From contig CDRNVI010000037.1 in assembly GCA_977017575.1 (NCBI GenBank), positions 62,001-126,000 on the forward strand: 64,000 nt of DNA. Reading direction: 5' to 3'. Positions 58,543 through 64,000 of the stretch are shown here, piece by piece. The notes below the pieces were generated by a model, which saw only the letters and a list, made by a program, of their open reading frames with translations, ran no database searches and had not been told where the DNA came from. Position 1 is the first letter of the stretch. Every line of letters starts with the position of its first letter. Made by a program: the position numbers and the translations under genes. The DNA comes from Paramoeba atlantica. Its lineage: Eukaryota > Protista > Discosea.

Positions 58543-59151
58543 ATGCCATGTTCATCTCTAGGTGGCATCTCCAGAGCTTCTTCAAGTGACGCATCATCAT
58601 CACCTTCACGTGCCTCCAAAGTGCACCACTCGAATTTACCCCAGGAATATGAACTCGAGAAGCTTGTACAAGACATGGGAAACACTCCTCCCTCGTGGAA
58701 TATCCACAACTCCCCCGGAAAATGGAATGGTGTAATTTGCTTTCAAAGTAATCAGGTGAGATCTCTTATCTGGTTAAACCTTGCGCTGAAGGGGACAGTA
58801 AATTTGTCCGCGCTCCCTCGCTCGCTTATTCATGTGGATTTGTCCATGAACCAATTGGGTGGAGAGATCCAACTCGAGGAACTCCCTCCCAAGTTGTCCT
58901 GTTTAAATTTAAGTCTAAATCGATTTACGGGGTCGTTAAATTTAAATCTATTACCGCAGTCGTTGAGAGATCTGGATCTTTCTCGGAATCGTTTTTCTGG
59001 TCACGTAAATCTTGAAAAAATACCGCTAAAGTTGACACTACTTGACTTGAGTTGCAATAAAGAGCTCCAAGGGCACGTCAATGTCGCAAAGCTTTCGCCC
59101 GTATTGTGTCTCAGTACGCATGAAACAATGCTTGTTTGTACGAATTCCTGA
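58543..59151 (+). CDS. LRR family copy 9
   Basis: RASKVHHSNLPQEYELEKL..W..KWNGVIC plus LRRs. Confidence 0.85.
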   Translation: MPCSSLGGISRASSSDASSSPSRASKVHHSNLPQEYELEKLVQDMGNTPPSWNIHNSPGKWNGVICFQSNQVRSLIWLNLALKGTVNLSALPRSLIHVDLSMNQLGGEIQLEELPPKLSCLNLSLNRFTGSLNLNLLPQSLRDLDLSRNRFSGHVNLEKIPLKLTLLDLSCNKELQGHVNVAKLSPVLCLSTHETMLVCTNS

Positions 59152-59406
59152 AGCGTTGGTCCGGGTAGATTGTGTTCCTTCGGAAATCGCATTTGTCTCA
59201 TAGCCCCCGCCTCCTTTAAAAGTTTCGCTTACTCTTAACAAACTACGCCTACGAGCTATCGAACTATTATTCTTAGTGCGGTTCACTACATGTTTAGAAA
59301 TCACTGATTTGAATGATTTCCCATACACACTCATGCAGAAGTATTAATTAACCTTGTACCTCCTTTTTTGGAACATTTTTTTATTAGTTCATAGCCATTG
59401 GTACCA

Positions 59407-59995
59407 ATGTATGATTATTGCCTGGGATTGTTTGCCGCAGACCCAAGTTGCACCTCTGCACGGTTGGGTTGCGTAAGTGCTGCAATGTCGCAAGAATAGC
59501 GACTTTTACTGTTTCTTCAGAACGTGTCTATTCTACATCCCTCGTGGGACTCACACACTCCTGCGTGTCAGTGGGATGGCGTGAGCTGCAATGAGGACGG
59601 AGAAGTAACAAGTATCGACTGGGCATCGAGAAAACTACAGGGAACTCTTGATTGGAAAAGTCTGCCGGAAAGTCTTCTTGAGCTGCGTCTCGATGCGAAC
59701 AGGTTATCAGGTAGCATTGTTCTCAAAGACTTACCTCGCAAGTTGAAGTACTTCAGTGCGGGAACAAACCAATTTTCCGGAAGCATTAGTTACCTTGAGG
59801 ACGCTCCAAAATCAATGGAGCGACTTTTTGTTGGTGATAATAATCTTTCAGGTCCTGTGCATTTCGCAGATTTTAACTTGGGTTTACTTGTCTCGGAATA
59901 CAGGGCTCTCGGGCAGTGTATTCGTGTCAACGTTACCTTGGGGGTTGCAATCCGGAAGCTTGAGCGTCGTTGGAATAGGCATACGTAAATACTGA
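59407..59995 (+). pseudogene. LRR family copy 10 with in-frame TAG at 59497 and a late frameshift
   Basis: FAADPS..RLGCVSAAMSQE*..WDSHTPACQWDGVSC plus LRRs. Confidence 0.75.
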
Positions 59996-60135
59996 AATAG
60001 ATCAGTGTAAGTTAACCCAGGCACGTAGGGCGGGGTAAATACATACACACACATGTACAGGTGGGCATTGATCTTGCCCCTCCTGGAAAATTTTCATTTT
60101 TTGATGCGTGTCTGTTCTTTCTCTTTTTTTAAGTA

Positions 60136-60853
60136 CTGTGACCCCCCCCCCTTTATACTTCGCTGGTCAGATCCCCCCCTTTAGACTTCGCTGGTCAGAT
60201 CCCCCCCTTTATACTTCGTTTTTCGTGTGTGCCCCCCCCCGAAGGGGGGGCATTTTTCAAATTTTAGTAATTTTTCTGAAAAGTTTAGGAAAAAAAACGG
60301 GAACGTTCCAAGCCTTTTCTTCTAGAAATGGGAGGTGATATAGAAGGAAAGACAGGAAAACTGGATGAGCCGCGCCGCGAAGCGGCGCGGCCTTCTTTTT
60401 TACACTTTTTTTACAGCGGGGGAAAAATTCAGACCCCCCCTTTATATACTCCTCTTCTCATTAATTTCTATGAATGCCATTCCTAGTTTTTCAGAAAAAA
60501 ATTATGTTTTTGAAGAAAAAAACAGGAAAAACTAGGATAAAGGGGAGAACATCACAGAAAACTTTGACCCTCACTTTCGACAAGGGCGTTAGATCTCACG
60601 TTCCGCAATAGCTTATAGCAGAAAAATAGCGTTTTTACATCAGGCAGAATCATTAATCGGGACTTTTTGCCTAACCATTCTCATTAATTTCTATAAATTT
60701 AAATTTAAATTTTCTTTTTTGTTATAATTTATATTTATAGAAATTAATGATTTCGCTTCGCGGCGCCAATTTTTTTTTTATGTAGTGATTCAGACCCCCC
60801 CGTTTAAGCGCACTTTTCGCGGAAAACGAGTTGCCCTTAAACGGGGGGGACAG
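60136..60853. mobile_element. MITE-like element with TA flanks (possibly composite)
   Basis: TA|ctgtgacccccccc ... gggggggacag|TA. Confidence 0.6.
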
Positions 60854-60928
60854 TAATTATTAATGAGAGGGGGAGTAATTTCGTCAGCTTTCACATCACT
60901 CAAAGGAGAAAAGCGGACGAACTGAGCT

Positions 60929-61705
60929 TAATAAATCCCGGCTCACAAAAAGTGACTCCCCCACTTTGTTGCATTTTGCAGATCTCAAGAGAATTTTGCG
61001 CGCCCAGGAACGGACTAAAACAAAGAGCAATGAGCTTGTTTAGATTACAGTTACCAATTTGTCACTTACATACACTTCTCAAGACGAGCGTCAAAGCTTA
61101 ACACCGTCCTATTGATCACTTTTTGTAGCAATCTAGACCACTCGTTTTTTAAAAAGTGTCCGTAATAAGGGGTGGTCACAGTAAGTGGAAACGACCACTA
61201 TTTTTGACTACGAACTAATTTTATTATGCTATAATTTTATTTTGTTATGACTATTTTGACTCGTAACTAATTTGACGTTGTTTGTTCAACAGCGCATTTC
61301 TTAAATAGAACACATTCTGCACGTAAACATGTTTGTCCATAAAAAAGGCGACGCGAGACGGCGCCAAATTTGATTTTGCCCTTTTTTGAAGAGTTTTTTT
61401 CGGTTTTTTCATACTTAATGTACCCCCCCCCCTAGTTATCTGTCACCCACCCCCCACCCCCCCCCAGTTATCTGTGGCTTTTCGACACTTCGAATATTTT
61501 TTTTCGTCGACCACCCCCCCCCCTAGTTATCTGTCCTTTTTTTTCAATTTAGGGTACAGTTTGACTGCATATTACCCAATATTTTTTTATTCTTTTCTTT
61601 TTTATGAGCTGAAAACCGCGGGAACGTACAGATCTCAAAATTGTGAACGAAAACGTGTTATGATAACCCTACCATCCCCCCTCATGCAAAAAATAAGGGG
61701 GTGCC
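60929..61705 (-). mobile_element. Second decayed copy of the 16307-17243 Tc1 family, with a CTAGTTATCTGTC MITE inside
   Basis: Shares ttgttgcattttgcagatctcaa and gggaacgtacagatctc..atgataacc with 16307-17243. Confidence 0.7.
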
Positions 61706-61899
61706 TTATTGGTGGCCAGGTCTTTCTTTGCTTGGTGGCCAGGGCTCCCTTGGTCGTTTACGCACAGATCTTAGTAAAACTTACGGGTGAAGACTTTACC
61801 CGCAACTTTTACATTTTCCATCATTCGTACGCAATGCAACGAGTTCAGTATGTCAGGAGTACGTAGTACGTTACAGTAAAACTCCTCGCTGACATATCG

Positions 61900-62621
61900 T
61901 TTCCTGTGTTAGTACAATACGTTGTTAGGAGGCGTAACTTCTCAAGCGTGATTGACCCCCACGCTTGGGTTTCCAAGCAAAGACGTACTGCACCTGTTAC
62001 AGGTGGTTTATACTGCGTTTTCGGGCTATGAGTCATTCTTTTCATCTCATTTTCACCTCAAGTTTCCACGCAAAAAAAATCGGTCAGCATACATATTCCT
62101 CAGGGCCGACATACGGCTGGACTGTATACCACACATAATAGGATATGTTCTCCCTTCATCCGATCAATACGAGTGTCAACGGCAGCCCCAACATATGCAT
62201 ACTTATCGATGTCCGACTTGAGAATTTCCCATAGCTCATCCGCGAGAACAGATTCACATTCTTGAAGTTTTCCGGTCTTTTTGAGGATAAGGGCTAGAAA
62301 CTGTTCGATGGTGACATTTGGAGGCCATTGTTCCAGGAGCGACCGAACAAAAGTATGAAATTGCTGAGAAGGAGTGTTCATGAGAGCATGCATTCTGGGT
62401 ACTATTCGTGTTGCGTAAAGTTCGGCTTCCCTTTCACACGACATAGCCATTTGAACAGCGTCAATTTTCTCCTTATCAATTCGAAGATCGCAGTGCTTAC
62501 GATGTTGCTGATAATGATTACGAGTCTTATAATGAGATTCATGCCCCATGCCGTCAACGTGTATGGCCGTGACGGCAATTGAAAAAGAATACGTAAAGTA
62601 GATGAATAAATAAGTGGGCAT
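61900..62621 (-). pseudogene. hAT-like transposase remnant, same family as 14424-19084
   Basis: ADELWEILKSDIDKYAYVGAAVDTRIDRMKGEHILL aligns with ADMIWDDIRRSIDGAKFFGLAVDGGVDKVLNEHVLI. Confidence 0.6.
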
Positions 62622-63134
62622 GTAAATAATGAGTCAAGAATGAAATACAGGACCTTTGCTTTTCTATCATCCGCTTATTTCGGTAACTTATCGCTTTAAT
62701 ACTGTGTTTTAATTTTGATTTGCACTCTCCCCTCACACTTTCTCGTTTTTTGTTCACGAGAACGCCGGGCTTGGGACCGGTATCTAGCGTGTTTTTGGAG
62801 CTGTGATAATGGGGTTTTACATGTAGTTGTAAAAGTGGGGTTTTAGTTGTAAAAGTCGTGGTCAAAGCCCATTTGTTTTTTATTGCTTGATGAATTATGC
62901 CCATTGTTTAAGAATGCGAAATCCGAACATCCTCCCCGGAATGTTAAACCGGACTGTGGTTTAGTTTTTCTTTTTTTCAAAAGTCTGTGTCAACAGTATT
63001 AAACTGCTCTCCCTCTACGATCGATTCAGACCCCACCTTCAAGTTTCCAGGGCTTTAGCGGAAAAATGTAGTTCCATTAGTGAAACAAAATCTTTGTGAG
63101 AGATCTCATGCCCTTCGGCAAGAACGGTAATGTA

Positions 63135-63479
63135 TCATCTACACACATCATGTACGTTGCACTGCATGCGTCCCTTCTGTCGTTCAATGTTATTTGGGTC
63201 ATTGAAGAAGACGCGAACCATACACTGCAGCAGATCGTCTAACAAGCGCCGCTTTTTATTTTCAATGTGCAATATATGCCCGAATTCACGTTCGGAATGA
63301 GTTTCGGTAAAATGAATTTTATTCCGCGCTAAACGATAAATGCGGAGATGCTTGTACTTTTGGGAATTTGAGGTCTTCCAATAGTTTTCAATGAGCTGCC
63401 CATTGACGTCGTGGATCATAAGATCGAAATCGGAGTCAAAACTTTCGCTTGAGAAGTTATTCTCAAAATACCGGATCAC
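63135..63479 (-). pseudogene. hAT transposase C-terminal dimerisation-domain remnant
   Basis: YWK..KYKHLRIYRLA..T..SEREFGHI..KRRLL..L..FFN resembles the hAT dimerisation motif. Confidence 0.55.
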
Positions 63480-64000
63480 TCTGCTTTTTTCCCATAGTAC
63501 ATAAGCATGGTTTTTATGACGCTGTTCTTCATCTCTTTTACATATTTCTCCGTACTGAAGTCGGAATACTTAACGTAAGGAGAAAGAGCACATAAAAACA
63601 AAAAAAGGTGAACGCAGTTGCTTGTAGTAGCGCATACGGAGGTAGGGAACAATAGCCTTAGTACTCACTTCATCAGTTCGCTAGTGCTCCATCAAGGTGA
63701 AAAACCCGTTGACGCATTGGAGCGAAGTTGTTGAAGATGATTCGCATAGCTCGCCAAGCATTCTCAAAGGCATAAGCAAGTGATACTTTTAGGAGGGTTT
63801 TTTGATCTTCGGCAGTGAAAAAATCAGAAGTATCAGGCTTATTCCACGCCTTCAGCGCTTCCGTAATCCTCTCATTATGATGATCCTCTCATAACATAGC
63901 TGCAGAATTATTAATAATTTATGTGTTGAATCTTTTTTAGTGGCTTTGTTAAACGCGGTGGTTGTTTTCAACTTAGAGGGTTGAAACCTGTTAAGTTTTG

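Overview
Eukaryotic, intron-less, about 45% GC DNA (by eye) that looks like a kinetoplastid chromosome, possibly a prokinetoplastid such as a Perkinsela-like lineage (inference). The evidence is a short-linker bifunctional DHFR-TS, an all-alpha dimeric dUTPase, a trypanosomatid-type ATPase inhibitor IF1 and a KAP-like HMG protein, with every recognisable host gene on the + strand like one polycistronic unit. Host genes include NTF2, DHFR-TS, dynein LC8, IF1, dUTPase, an OS-9-like lectin, an NAD(P)-binding epimerase and RNR1. They are interleaved with about 10 dispersed paralogues of one short LRR family and a dense set of mobile elements: Tc1/mariner and MITEs, hAT-like, Harbinger/ISL2EU-like, Merlin, a TATE-like tyrosine-recombinase retroelement and a bacterial-type IS30. 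The main discovery is a degenerate restriction-like-endonuclease (R2-group) retrotransposon, 12006-21620, inserted at a precise site of an unrecognised, hairpin-rich 170-bp tandem repeat, and itself interrupted by nested DNA transposons. Other notable items are a tRNA-headed structured insertion inside a 59/67-bp palindromic satellite, a 78-bp-arm hairpin, and sharp C-rich to G-rich strand switches inside four host genes. All counts and alignments were done by eye.
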